Assembly (NCBI RefSeq): GCF_001194135.2
Contig: NC_068981.1
Span: forward strand, 93,823,013-93,870,435
Direction of reading: 5' to 3'
DNA: 47,423 nucleotides
Source: Octopus bimaculoides
Lineage: Eukaryota
Within the stretch, counting starts at the first letter, position 1. Each line of letters begins with the position of its first letter. The notes beneath the pieces were generated by a model. It saw only the letters and a program-made list of their open reading frames with translations, did not search any database and was not told the DNA's origin. Both the position numbers and the translations under genes were made by a program. This document shows positions 33,031 to 45,099 of this stretch, piece by piece.

Positions 33031-35439
33031 GCAAATAGGAAATAAAAGTTTCTTCCCAAGGACAAAAATTGTGTTACACAGTGTTTTATAAAAGAGAATA
33101 CGTAGAATTGACACCAGTTCCATCACAGACTGGTGAAAATCAGTTATTATTAACCATGTAATTCGTTACTTACTCATTGTCCATGGTCGAGCGATCACAA
33201 ATAAACCAGCACTCTACTGAGTTTGCTTAGTGAGGAGAGTGTATGATCTCCTAACAGAATTTTTAAAACAAAGCGTTAAATGTGGATGAGCCGATTGAGG
33301 GTCAATGGTACATGTATTCTATGGAGATTACCAAGCCCAATGAAATACATAAATGACAGTTACATCAATATTTAGTTCTCTAGCAGAAGCCTGGAAACGC
33401 CAAGACCGAGAAGAGTGAAAGAGATTGCTAATAAAACCCAGTGCTCCAAAGGCAGAAATGTTACGGGAATTCAATGCGTTCAACGATCACAAGGGATGAA
33501 CACCTTCATCCTGGAGAAACTGACCCACACAAAGTGGACAAGACTTGTGGTTCTTTTTATCGACTATTTCAGTCCTTTCTAACCTGAGCTCTCTCAGCTC
33601 CTGATGGAGGAGTCGTATGGGTGCTCTCGTGACATATATTTTGGGAATCTACACTCGACGGATTCCATTCTTCTCCAAGTCTGATCATTGTCGGTTTTTT
33701 TACAGAAATAAAAAGGGAGAAAAGAAAGAGAGGAAAATGGAGAGTGAGAGAGGAAGAATATAGAATCAAGCAAGTACTGGACTAGTAATTTATTAGTTCA
33801 TTCTGAAGAGATGGAAGGCCAAGTTACCTCAACAGGATTTGAACTTAGAGCAATCACTCTAAGTCTGACAATTAACCACCTTGACTGTTGAAGTAGCGGA
33901 GTTGTGAGACCTAAAGATTTACATACAACCTTAACACACTCCGTTTACGATAATGCATGAACCGAATTTATCCAGGCAATGCAACACTCCATATTAAAGA
34001 AGTTTAAAAATAACAACAAACCTACAACATCCATACCAACAAGCAGGAATTCTCTGTGATACTAGAAATAGCAGTCAAATCTCTCTCAAACTGCACCTTT
34101 CCCACAGTCTTAAAAATAACACTTTGCATAGTGTTGTCCAGTGTGGGTTACGAAAAAGTTGATGGGATGATCGCTGCTGGAATGCATTTGATTGTATGTC
34201 AACAAGATTAGGACTGCTTGGCTTGGAGTTAAATAAAAACAACAACACTAACGTATCCAACGATCACAAAAGTAATGATTTTGTAGCAATGCACCCAGTA
34301 ATACAATGTATGCAAGTAAAAACTCTTAAAGGGAACGACCACTGAATGAAGGAAAATAATGAAAATAGCAAGATACAAAACCATATGTTCTCTCCGTAAA
34401 GGATAAAAATACAAACTGCAAAAATAGAATAGTAACAAGTGTCTCTGAGATTAAATCGGTACGTGCCAATTTAATAAAATACTAGGTGGCAACAGAAGCA
34501 GAAATGTAATAAGCTATCTTGAATGAATGCTTCATATCTTATCATCAACCAATTTGTCACAATTTGTTGAAAACCTCTCTGGATCATTACGGTTGATGAA
34601 GCTGAAGGTGCGAAAAAAAATAAATTATCTATATTTTACATTTTAGAAGACAAATTGCTACAATACACATTCACAATCCATTCAGTGTCAAAGCTATGTT
34701 GTTACGGCATAATAACAGTGTTTGATGCGAGCCAGTGATGAATACCTCTATGTATTCGCTTGACCTGCTTGAAAAAGCAACTATATATATATATATATAT
34801 GTCCCTCAAATCACACCCTATATTTGTTACTTTGCGTCACTGCCAAAAATCAGTATTATTGGTGTTGTTCTTGCTGCTGTTGTTGTGGGTAAAGATGCTG
34901 ACGATGGAGAAGCCTGTTCCGGTTCTTGCTGTTATTGAATCAAAGAAAATATTTTGATCTATAACTGTACAGCGTTTTAATGTTAACACAACTACTATTA
35001 CGATCTTTTACTTGTTTCAGAATACAATCATGCTAAGGCACCGCTTTGAAAAGTTTACTTAAACAAATTGACCCTGGTACTTATTTTTTAAGCCTGATGT
35101 TTATTCTCTTGGCGGGTGGGGGGACCGCTAAGTTTTCGAGGCTTTAACGGTTCTATTAATCCATCACACTTTACATAAGATTAGTAGTAACTACTTCAAA
35201 TTTGAGCACAATGCCAGCAATGTAAGAGGATTCCAGTGCTCACTGCTACTTATTTAATGAACCCTGAGATTATGAAACACACAATCGACCTTGATGGTAT
35301 TTGAACTCAGAATATAAGAAGTTGTGAAGCATTTTTGTCCGATGCGCCATCGCTTAATACTAATTATGCTTACGCTATTAACAACCAATCTTACCAATCA
35401 CGCAGCCTTTTTCACCAAAGCTACCAGATGAATAAAGAG

Positions 35440-35745
35440 CGCCTATCCTCGCCCAAAGGAAGGTCGCGGAATCATCTTCACGTTGAACTTAGTTGATAAC
35501 CAGATTTTTCCCTCAAGTGACAGGAGGTAATCCACATAACCCCCCAAGTCAACAATTTTTGGGAAGTGGACGAGTGAGTGCAAAACGGTTTCGTAGACAG
35601 GTCCAGCTAACGGCAATTCCGTGCCTGTAGAGTTTATCACAAACCGGAAACGTTCTCATCCAGTCGCACTTCCACGCCAGAGATTTCTGAAAATTATCCA
35701 TGAGTCCAGGCTCTCACTCAGTCACCGAACAAGTCTGGCATATAA
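35440..35745 (-). mobile_element. Tx1/L1-clade LINE ORF2 C-terminal remnant (zf-RVT-like)
   Basis: Minus-strand PGLMDNFQKSLAWKCDW..PVCDKLYRHGIAVSWTCLR then (frameshift) ETVLHSLVHFPKIVDL, matching the CxRC...ETxxHxxxxCP motif in decayed form. Confidence 0.65.
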
Positions 35746-36289
35746 AAGTAAAATAGACAATTCAAACCAGGCGTTTTGCTCTCTAAGTAGCCAACCAGTA
35801 CTTACCATATTTACCCGCCTCTTATCGGCTTTTCGTTCTACTCCTGTCGCGACAGGCCGTCTAGATAGACAGTGAAGTCCATTCTGAAATCCAGCATGCC
35901 ACCGGTCCCTAACAGTCGAGTAAAATGCCGTTGAAACACTGAGCACAGCTGATTTGGGTCGATTAACTTACATAGACAGAATTATGGCTGCCATAGACCG
36001 AATTGTGGCTTTGTTGCTAGACGACTACTGGTTTGACGATACAGCGTTTGGTGCTGGTCACGTCTAGTACCACCAGCTAACCATCTCCAAAAAATACATC
36101 TGTATCATAAAGTCTAGACTTGTCCAAAAAAAACAGCAACTCCGTCTCCTGATCTCGGGCGACATGTTTACGTGCATGCATCGCAAACACCGAAAATAAG
36201 CTGGGGTCACGTAGCTTGGAACCCTTTGCTGCTGCTGCCGCCGCCGCTGCTGCTGTTCTTGTTTTGTTTCTCGTACTCCACTTTCCTAG

Positions 36290-36697
36290 ATTTTATTTCT
36301 ACACCTATATTTCATATGGATTATTCCTAATGAAGTTACCGAATGGTCCCATGGGTCATATTTCGGATTTACTTCAAAAATTTTACCACAGAATGTTTCT
36401 ATAGAGAAAACACAACTCTGAAAATTTCAGGCCAATTGCTCCATCCGTTCAAAAGTTTTCGAAGTTTGAAATTTAGTCAAAATTAGTGAAAATTGCATGT
36501 CACGAACTTTAAAAAAAGCTTTTCGCAACTTTGGCGGACCATAACTTCACAAATGAGAATGGAAACAATCTGAAATTTGGTATTCCTGCAGTTTTCTATC
36601 ATTTCTAACATCATTTTGGGCTGTTTTTAAATAGAGAGATTTAGAAATATTAAAATTTCTGTTTTTAAATAATTTTTTTTAATTAAAGGGTAGTGAA
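36290..36697. mobile_element. Possible non-autonomous DNA transposon abutting or truncating the mariner 3' end
   Basis: Non-coding segment with motifs common in MITE interiors (CTGAAAATTTCAG, CCATAACTT, CTGAAATTTGG). It replaces the expected mariner 3' TIR. Termini not resolved. Confidence 0.3.
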
Positions 36698-37909
36698 AAT
36701 CCCCCTTGCGGTCTACACACTTCTTCCATCGGTGTCGCAGTGCTAGGATTCCATTGGGGAAGAAGCTTTCATCCTATTTGTAAAAAAAAATCATCAACAG
36801 CAGATATGACGTCATCATCACTCTGACACTGCTTCCCATCCAACTGTTTTTTCCTGTTGGGGAACAGATGATAGTCAGGTGGGGCCAAATCAGGAAAATA
36901 GAGAGCGTGGTCAACCAGTTCAAAACCACAGTCACTCACAGCAGCCATTGAAACAAACCACTTGTGTGTTAGAGCATTTAACTTTTGAAACAAGACCGCT
37001 TCCGTCAGTTTTCCCGGGCATTTGGTCGTTATATTTTTTTGTAACTGCCTCCGCAAGTTAACATAGTATTCTCCATTAATGGTGTGGCCTTTTGAAGATT
37101 GCCAATAAGCTCAATGCCTTTTGCATCCGAAAAGACTGAGGCTGTCATCTTCTCTGCAGATGAAGCTACCTTGGCCTTCTTTGGAGAAGGTGGGAGGGGG
37201 TTCCTCTGCATGGATTGTCTCTTTGTCTCGGGAATCAAAGGGATGAGCTCAACACTCATCTTGATGCAGGAAACGTCCAACGAAACCAGTAGGACCTGAC
37301 TGAAACAATATCAGATTTTCCCGTGACGTGACCAGCCTTGTGCACTTTTGATCAGGTGTCAGAAGACGTGACACCCTCCAAGCAGAAACCCTCGTCATCC
37401 CAAGTTCATTGTACAGAGTATTCTCAATTCTCTCGTGGGATATGCTAATAGCATTGGCTATTTGATTTATAGTCAATCGCCCGACATCCATCACCGTGCG
37501 GTGAATACGATCAATGTTTTTTCCTTGGTGGCGGCAGTTTCAAGACGTCCAGGCCTTGGATCATCTTCAAAACTCTCCCTCCCCACCTAAATTGAGCTTC
37601 CCATCTTTGACCTATTGATAAAGCTGGATAACCATTCCCTAATGTAGCAATCATGTCAGTATGAATGTCCTTTGAAGGTTAAAGCCTTTTTCTGCAGGCA
37701 CTTGATAAGACTAAACTTTGTTGATTTTCAAGAGAAATCGCTACTAGTTACTTTTGAAGTCTTCATTGAACAATCAGATGTCCGATTATCTGGAAAAAAA
37801 TAATGCAGTTATTAATTTTAAAAAAGAGTTGAAATTAATGCACGCAATATTTCACTGCTCTAACATCACTCCTTCATAGTCAGCCTATGAACTTTTCAGC
37901 CCACTCACG
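36698..37909 (-). mobile_element. Decayed mariner (Tc1/mariner, D,D34D type) element with nearly complete transposase pseudogene; 5' TIR present, 3' TIR missing
   Basis: Minus-strand fragments EDDPRPGRLETAAT, ELGMTRVSAWRVSRLLT (WVPRxLT), QDEC*, PETKRQSMQ, SAEKMTASVFSDAKGI and FPDLAPPDYHLFP (YSPDLAPSD). TIR-like TA|CGTGAGTGGGCTGAAAAGTTCATAGGCTGAC at 37911-37879. Confidence 0.92.
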
Positions 37910-38320
37910 TATGGTGTTTTTTTTCTGTTTTTTTCTGTGTGTATTCCTGGACATTTTGCGATGTTTCAAGGTAAAAGTTCATCCAGATCTGGTTGGGGTA
38001 ATGTTTCACACTTTTCAAACCATGTCATTGAAACCGCTCACAGTGAATTTGCACACCGCCCTGGTATCGTTATTAATGGTGTTAGCGTCAATGCTGTGGT
38101 GATGATGGTAATTGATACGCAACGTCACTACACCTATTGCTAGATGTAGTGGTGTTGTTGTCACTGTTTTTTCATCATCCTCATTTACAATGCTTTTGTT
38201 GCTGCTACAGTTGTTGTTCATGATTTTTCACTTCGGTAAATTGTTGTACAGTAACTGCTGTTCATTGCAGTGTTGATAGTTGGTGCTGGCATTAGCGGTA
38301 TATCATTATCGCTGCTCTGT

Positions 38321-38676
38321 GGAGGTGCAATGGCCCAGTGGTTAGGGCAGCGGACTCGCGGTCATAGAATCGCGGTTTCGATTCCCAGACCGGGCGTTGT
38401 GAATGTTTATTGAGCGAAAACACCTAAAGTTCCACGAGGCTCCGGCAGGCGATGGTGGCGAACCCTGCTGTACTCTTTCACCACAACTTTCTTTCACTCT
38501 TACTTCCTGTTTCCGTTGTACTTGTAATTCAAAGGGTCAGCCTTGTCACACTGTGTCACGCTGAATTTCCCCGAGAACTACGTTAAGGGTACACGTGTCT
38601 GTGGAGTGCTCAGCCACTTGCACGTTAATTTCACGAGCAGGCTGTTCCGTTGATCGGATCAACTGGAACCCTCGTC
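38321..38676 (+). mobile_element. tRNA-derived SINE, family D; 3' end lost in a gap
   Basis: Near-identical to 10567-10947 and 30034-30413. Confidence 0.9.
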
Positions 38677-39471
38677 NNNNNNNNNNNNNNNNNNNNNNNN
38701 NNNNNNNNNNNNNNNNNNNNNNNNNNNNNNNNNNNNNNNNNNNNNNNNNNNNNNNNNNNNNNNNNNNNNNNNNNNNNNNNNNNNNNNNNNNNNNNNNNNN
38801 NNNNNNNNNNNNNNNNNNNNNNNNNNNNNNNNNNNNNNNNNNNNNNNNNNNNNNNNNNNNNNNNNNNNNNNNNNNNNNNNNNNNNNNNNNNNNNNNNNNN
38901 NNNNNNNNNNNNNNNNNNNNNNNNNNNNNNNNNNNNNNNNNNNNNNNNNNNNNNNNNNNNNNNNNNNNNNNNNNNNNNNNNNNNNNNNNNNNNNNNNNNN
39001 NNNNNNNNNNNNNNNNNNNNNNNNNNNNNNNNNNNNNNNNNNNNNNNNNNNNNNNNNNNNNNNNNNNNNNNNNNNNNNNNNNNNNNNNNNNNNNNNNNNN
39101 NNNNNNNNNNNNNNNNNNNNNNNNNNNNNNNNNNNNNNNNNNNNNNNNNNNNNNNNNNNNNNNNNNNNNNNNNNNNNNNNNNNNNNNNNNNNNNNNNNNN
39201 NNNNNNNNNNNNNNNNNNNNNNNNNNNNNNNNNNNNNNNNNNNNNNNNNNNNNNNNNNNNNNNNNNNNNNNNNNNNNNNNNNNNNNNNNNNNNNNNNNNN
39301 NNNNNNNNNNNNNNNNNNNNNNNNNNNNNNNNNNNNNNNNNNNNNNNNNNNNNNNNNNNNNNNNNNNNNNNNNNNNNNNNNNNNNNNNNNNNNNNNNNNN
39401 NNNNNNNNNNNNNNNNNNNNNNNNNNNNNNNNNNNNNNNNNNNNNNNNNNNNNNNNNNNNNNNNNNNNNNN

Positions 39472-39504
39472 NTATATATATATATATATATATATATACA
39501 GGAT

Positions 39505-39563
<59 letters not shown>
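39472..39563. repeat. (TA)n and (GATA)n microsatellites
   Basis: Read directly. Confidence 0.95.
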
Positions 39564-39566
<3 letters not shown>

Positions 39567-39934
39567 CATTTACACACAGATGTATGTAAGAATGTGTGCA
39601 TGTATGTATGTAAATAATCTATGTACGTAATGTATGTATGTGTAAGCACATTTGCAAAGGAGAACGGGAAGCATATATGTGCATGCAAGTGTATAAAATG
39701 ATATAAGACAAAACACACAGGAATGTGTAATGAAGGATAAATTTTAAAAAATCGCAAAAGATATGGAAAAATATCAAGTTTATGGTTTCCTGTCGTATTA
39801 AATTCATGGAAGATTCTTGAAGACCAAAATGCTTCACTTTATCTACTCAATTTGCTGTTTAGTTCACTGAACTGTAGAGAAAATAATTAATTTCTTCTAC
39901 AGGATGACAGGTAGATCTGTATGTATGGCAACGT

Positions 39935-40013
39935 ATATGCCAACTCACACACACGCGCGCACACATACACACGTGCGCACGTGTGTGCGTGTGTGAGTGA
40001 ATGTAAGTGTGCG

Positions 40014-40052
<39 letters not shown>

Positions 40053-40277
40053 NNNNNNNNNNNNNNNNNNNNNNNNNNNNNNNNNNNNNNNNNNNNNNNN
40101 NNNNNNNNNNNNNNNNNNNNNNNNNNNNNNNNNNNNNNNNNNNNNNNNNNNNNNNNNNNNNNNNNNNNNATATATATACATATATATATATACGAGAAAG
40201 AGAAGGACAAAGAGAGAGTCGAAGAGAGAGAGGGAGAGAGCGAGCCACATACGTGTGTGAATATATGCCTGTGTGTG

Positions 40278-40323
<46 letters not shown>

Positions 40324-40465
40324 CACATATATATGTATACATATATATTACACATATTTATACATACATATTACACATATATATATATGTATATTACACA
40401 TGTGTATTACACTTACATATGCATTTACATGTATATTTTATGCATGTTACATATATATATATGCA
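39935..40465. repeat. Compound (CA)/(TA)/(GA) microsatellite region spanning a gap
   Basis: Read directly. Confidence 0.9.
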
Positions 40466-40855
40466 ACAAAACCACCATAAACACCCTCAATACGTTTAAT
40501 GTTTAACGTGTGTGTGTGCCTGTCAGTCTATCTGTGCGTATACATGCATACATATGTAAAATGCACATGTCTATGAAATCTAGAATCAGAGGGATCTATT
40601 GTAGGTTTGCATTAGCAGCAAATCATTCAGTGGGATAGGCATATTTTTAAAAAAAAGTAAAGCCAATGCACGTAACCATGTAGAAAAGGAGGAATAATAA
40701 AAGTTCTGTGCATAGGATATTCTTCATGAAAGAGAAATAGCCACTAAGAAAATGAGAGATAGGGAAATAATTGTGTCGGAGAAACATGGTGGAAATGGTT
40801 TACGGGCAATGCATAGCTCGACCGTGGTATCTGAGTTGAGGAGAATGAGTAAAAT

Positions 40856-41313
40856 GAGGTAATATTTATTCCCACTTAAACGTGGATGTTCTGTTAGAAC
40901 AAACTTTACTGCGGTAGATACCATAAGAGAATCTCTTATATAGGCTTTTGATGCAAAATGCACGCTTGTTTTATATCCAGCACTGAGACGACCAGTTCAC
41001 ACGATTTCAACCTTCCTTGATCTCATCGGTGATGGACGCCCGACCGCTAGAGACAACAGCAAGTCATTTCCCCGCCAGCGATATATGGAAAATAAGTGCC
41101 AGAACAGGCACCGGTGTCGCGATTAGCTACGAAATCACGTGATCTTGTGATCTTGGTGCTGGAGTTGGTGATGATTTATGTCCCCACTAGCGATATAAAC
41201 AAGGGTACATTTTGCACCAAAAGGTAATATGAGAGTTTCTCTCATGGTAGCTACCGAAGTAAAGTTTGTTCTGAACAGAACATCCATATTTAAGTGGGAA
41301 TAGATATTACTTC
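40856..41313. mobile_element. Fold-back/MITE-like element with 122-bp imperfect inverted repeats
   Basis: Arms 40856-40977 and 41192-41313 align as reverse complements with 15 substitutions and 2 single-base indels (hand alignment, ~86%); 214-bp spacer; no clear TSD. Confidence 0.75.
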
Positions 41314-41539
41314 TTGATATTAATACTGAAGTGATAACGATGTGGTTGATGCTGGTTATTGATGTCTGTCTTGTTGGTAATGGAGATGGTAGAGGGAAAA
41401 CTGAACATGGCAAAAGGGTGGTTCAAGATGGTTGCAGGTTTGAATAATTTCTTTTCTTTCATTTAACATCTTTAGCAGATGTTTATTCATCTTCCATTAA
41501 CCAATTTTGTGTTCTTGCATTATAGAATATTATATCTCT

Positions 41540-41545
41540 CACACA

Positions 41546-41590
<45 letters not shown>

Positions 41591-41761
41591 TACACACACA
41601 GACACATACTCGCGCGCGAATTTACACTTACATATGTATATATACATATTTATGAGTGTGTGTGTGTCTGTGTCTGTGTGTACATGTGTACATATATATA
41701 TGCACATATATAATGATAACTAAGTTAAATATATGCATCTATATATGCATATATTTTCATA

Positions 41762-41826
<65 letters not shown>
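41540..41826. repeat. Compound (CA)n/(TG)n/(TA)n microsatellite running into a gap
   Basis: Read directly. Confidence 0.95.
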
Positions 41827-42719
41827 NNNNNNNNNNNNNNNNNNNNNNNNNNNNNNNNNNNNNNNNNNNNNNNNNNNNNNNNNNNNNNNNNNNNNNNNNN
41901 NNNNNNNNNNNNNNNNNNNNNNNNNNNNNNNNNNNNNNNNNNNNNNNNNNNNNNNNNNNNNNNNNNNNNNNNNNNNNNNNNNNNNNNNNNNNNNNNNNNN
42001 NNNNNNNNNNNNNNNNNNNNNNNNNNNNNNNNNNNNNNNNNNNNNNNNNNNNNNNNNNNNNNNNNNNNNNNNNNNNNNNNNNNNNNNNNNNNNNNNNNNN
42101 NNNNNNNNNNNNNNNNNNNNNNNNNNNNNNNNNNNNNNNNNNNNNNNNNNNNNNNNNNNNNNNNNNNNNNNNNNNNNNNNNNNNNNNNNNNNNNNNNNNN
42201 NNNNNNNNNNNNNNNNNNNNNNNNNNNNNNNNNNNNNNNNNNNNNNNNNNNNNNNNNNNNNNNNNNNNNNNNNNNNNNNNNNNNNNNNNNNNNNNNNNNN
42301 NNNNNNNNNNNNNNNNNNNNNNNNNNNNNNNNNNNNNNNNNNNNNNNNNNNNNNNNNNNNNNNNNNNNNNNNNNNNNNNNNNNNNNNNNNNNNNNNNNNN
42401 NNNNNNNNNNNNNNNNNNNNNNNNNNNNNNNNNNNNNNNNNNNNNNNNNNNNNNNNNNNNNNNNNNNNNNNNNNNNNNNNNNNNNNNNNNNNNNNNNNNN
42501 NNNNNNNNNNNNNNNNNNNNNNNNNNNNNNNNNNNNNNNNNNNNNNNNNNNNNNNNNNNNNNNNNNNNNNNNNNNNNNNNNNNNNNNNNNNNNNNNNNNN
42601 NNNNNNNNNNNNNNNNNNNNNNNNNNNNNNNNNNNNNNNNNNNNNNNNNNNNNNNNNNNNNNNNNNNNNNNNTATATATATATATATGTATGTGTGTGTA
42701 TATGTTTGTGTGTCTGTGT

Positions 42720-42917
42720 TTGTCCCCCTAAACATCGCTTGACAACTGATGTTGGTCTGTGTACGTCCCCGTAATTTAGCGGTTCGGCAAAAGAGACCGA
42801 TAGAATAAGTACTAGGCTTCCAAAGAATAAATCCTGGGGTCGATTTGCTCGACTAAAGGCGGTGCTCCAGCATGGCCACAGTCAAATGACTGAAACAAGT
42901 AAAAGAGTAAAAGAGTA
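42720..42917 (+). mobile_element. SINE family C tail (head not visible; possibly in the preceding gap)
   Basis: ATCGCTTGACAAC...TTAGCGGTTCGGCAAAAGAGACCGATAGAATAAG...GACTGAAACAAGTAAAAGAGTAAAAGAG. Confidence 0.85.
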
Positions 42918-43069
42918 TACGTAGTATCGATGGTATAATCTCCAAAAAAACATCATCTCTGAAAGCTGTATTCTTACGTCTTCTAGACATGGAGTTGTTA
43001 TCTAGTATTTTTCACTTAGCAAGAATTAATCAGTCTTTATTATGAAATAAAATCGAAGATATTACAAAA

Positions 43070-43995
43070 TCATTGTAATCTGGACATAGAAAAATACATC
43101 TGCGAATTCAAATGGTAGCACAAGCATTTGGTGGTTTGGAGTCACGCAACACAAAATTGGCTCTTTACAAATCGTTTGTCTAGCCATCCCTATTGTATTC
43201 TTCTGAAACATGGACGTATTATGAAAGACATTTCAAATTGTTAGAACGATTCCACCAAAAATGCCCTCACCGCATTTTAAACAGCAAATGAAGTTTTTTC
43301 ACTCCAGACACAGATATCTTTGCGTCTGCAGGCATCACTTCAATTAAATCAATGATTCTGAAAAATCAAATGAGATGGTCTAGCCATATTGTTCGAATGG
43401 CGGATGAACTCACACCCAAACAGCCGTTTTATGATGAGCTTGCAGAGAGGAAACGCAATCAGTGTAAACCTAAAATACGGTTTAAGGACGGCATAAGGAC
43501 TACCATGAAGTCACTTGGAGTGGATCCAAAGGCCATAGAAACCCTTGCTTCGGATTGAGCTGGATGGCGAACAACAGTGTGGAGTGGAGTGAAAGCGTTT
43601 GAGGAGGCCAGGATATCACATGCAAGACTCAGGAGAAATTAAAGAAGATTGTTACGATCGAGAAGGTGAATCTCAGTGACCACTTTGTGTGCACACCTTG
43701 TGACAGACTATGCTTTTCTTTTGCTGAACTCAAATCTCATTTGAGAACCCATGAGAAACGAAACTCTACCAACTGTTTTGCCTATATATCTGCACACTTT
43801 TCAATGCTGTGTATTCCATAAGGTCTGCAATTCTAACAGAAGCCTCAAAAGACATTTTAAGATGCACAAAGATCAGAACTTAACTGCAGCTCTTGGTGGT
43901 CCAAATCAGATATGCAATCTATGTAGGTGTCTTTTCGATACGTTGTCTGGCTTAAAAAGCTACATCAGACGCAATGATGAATCTAAGATGTAGGT
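43070..43995 (+). mobile_element. 5'-truncated RTE-BovB-like LINE 3' part with C-terminal C2H2-like fingers
   Basis: TKLALYKSFV*PSLLYSSETWTYYERHFKLLERFHQKCPHRILN; QMRWSSHIVRMADELTPKQPFYDELAERKRNQCKPKIRFKD; WRTTVWSGVKAFEEAR; then FVCTPCDRLCFSFAELKSHLRTH and two decayed fingers. Confidence 0.9.
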
Positions 43996-44699
43996 ATAAG
44001 AGGTGATCAGACTCTGCATAAGGAGTAGACAACCACCACTCACTCACACACATACGAACCTTAATGGCGTGTGCGTGCTCACATATGCACACACCCATAC
44101 ACTCTCACACAAACATAGAGTTAATTATCGTCAGTGTGTGTGTGTATGTAAGCACGCAAATAGCGTTCTTTTGAGTGAGTGTTTATGCGGGACACGTGCC
44201 AGTAACATTCTTTTGAATCTCTCTTTCTATCTCTCTCATACACACTTTTATCATCCCCTTTCCACAAGGTGGCACGATTTACACCTTTAACGCTTTAGTA
44301 GACTGTTATTGTTGTTGTAACGGTTGTTATTGTCCCTGTGTTGTTTTTGTTATCGTTATGACTATTATTGCTTCCGGAGAGATGCCTCGTTTTCCATCGG
44401 TCTGTGAGTTTGTTTTCATTTGTTGTTGACTATGTCCAGTTTCGAATTTTCCTCTCTCAGTGTTATATTTCTCTTGTTGCGAAGCCAGTCGGGACGAATT
44501 CGTTTAACAAAACTTTTGAAAATACATTTTAAAAACAGAATTGCTACAACCAGTATCATTATTGCGACAAACAATCACAACATGAAAACGCTAATAAAAA
44601 TTAGATAATAACAGCAACAACAGCAACAATAACAAAACATTTTTTCGCAATATTTGCAAACTCTTCACTTGAGCATTCCTTGTTGTGGTTACCATACGG

Positions 44700-44985
44700 A
44701 AAGCACAGAGAAAAACATCACAAGCGAGTGCATTAACTGGAAAATGAAAAGGCTGCGAAGCCTGACGCTAGACCAAGCATGAAAATAACTCAAAGAAACG
44801 TGCGATATCATAAAACATAATAAGGGGGTAACTTTATAACATGTTGGTGGTGATTTCTGTGCCCCAAAGAAGATGGACAGCGAGGATCTGATTCCTACCA
44901 ACACCCAGCAGCACTTTACTAAGCTGACACTAAAGGATGTACCTGCAGAAGTTGACTTAAGCATATTGGTGGCTATGTTGTAAGA
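44700..44985 (+). mobile_element. Possible Tx1/L1-like ORF1 remnant
   Basis: Stop-interrupted frame ending LIPTNTQQHFTKLTLKDVPAEVDLSILVAML loosely resembles the RRM-like ORF1 region of Tx1-type LINEs. Weak. Confidence 0.3.
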
Positions 44986-45099
44986 TTTTTCAAAAGTCAT
45001 AGAGTAAAATTATATGTCAGTAAAATATTTATATCATCTCCTGATCAGGTTTGAACGTAATTCCGACTAACGTAATTCTTCTCTAGTAGAAGAACTACG

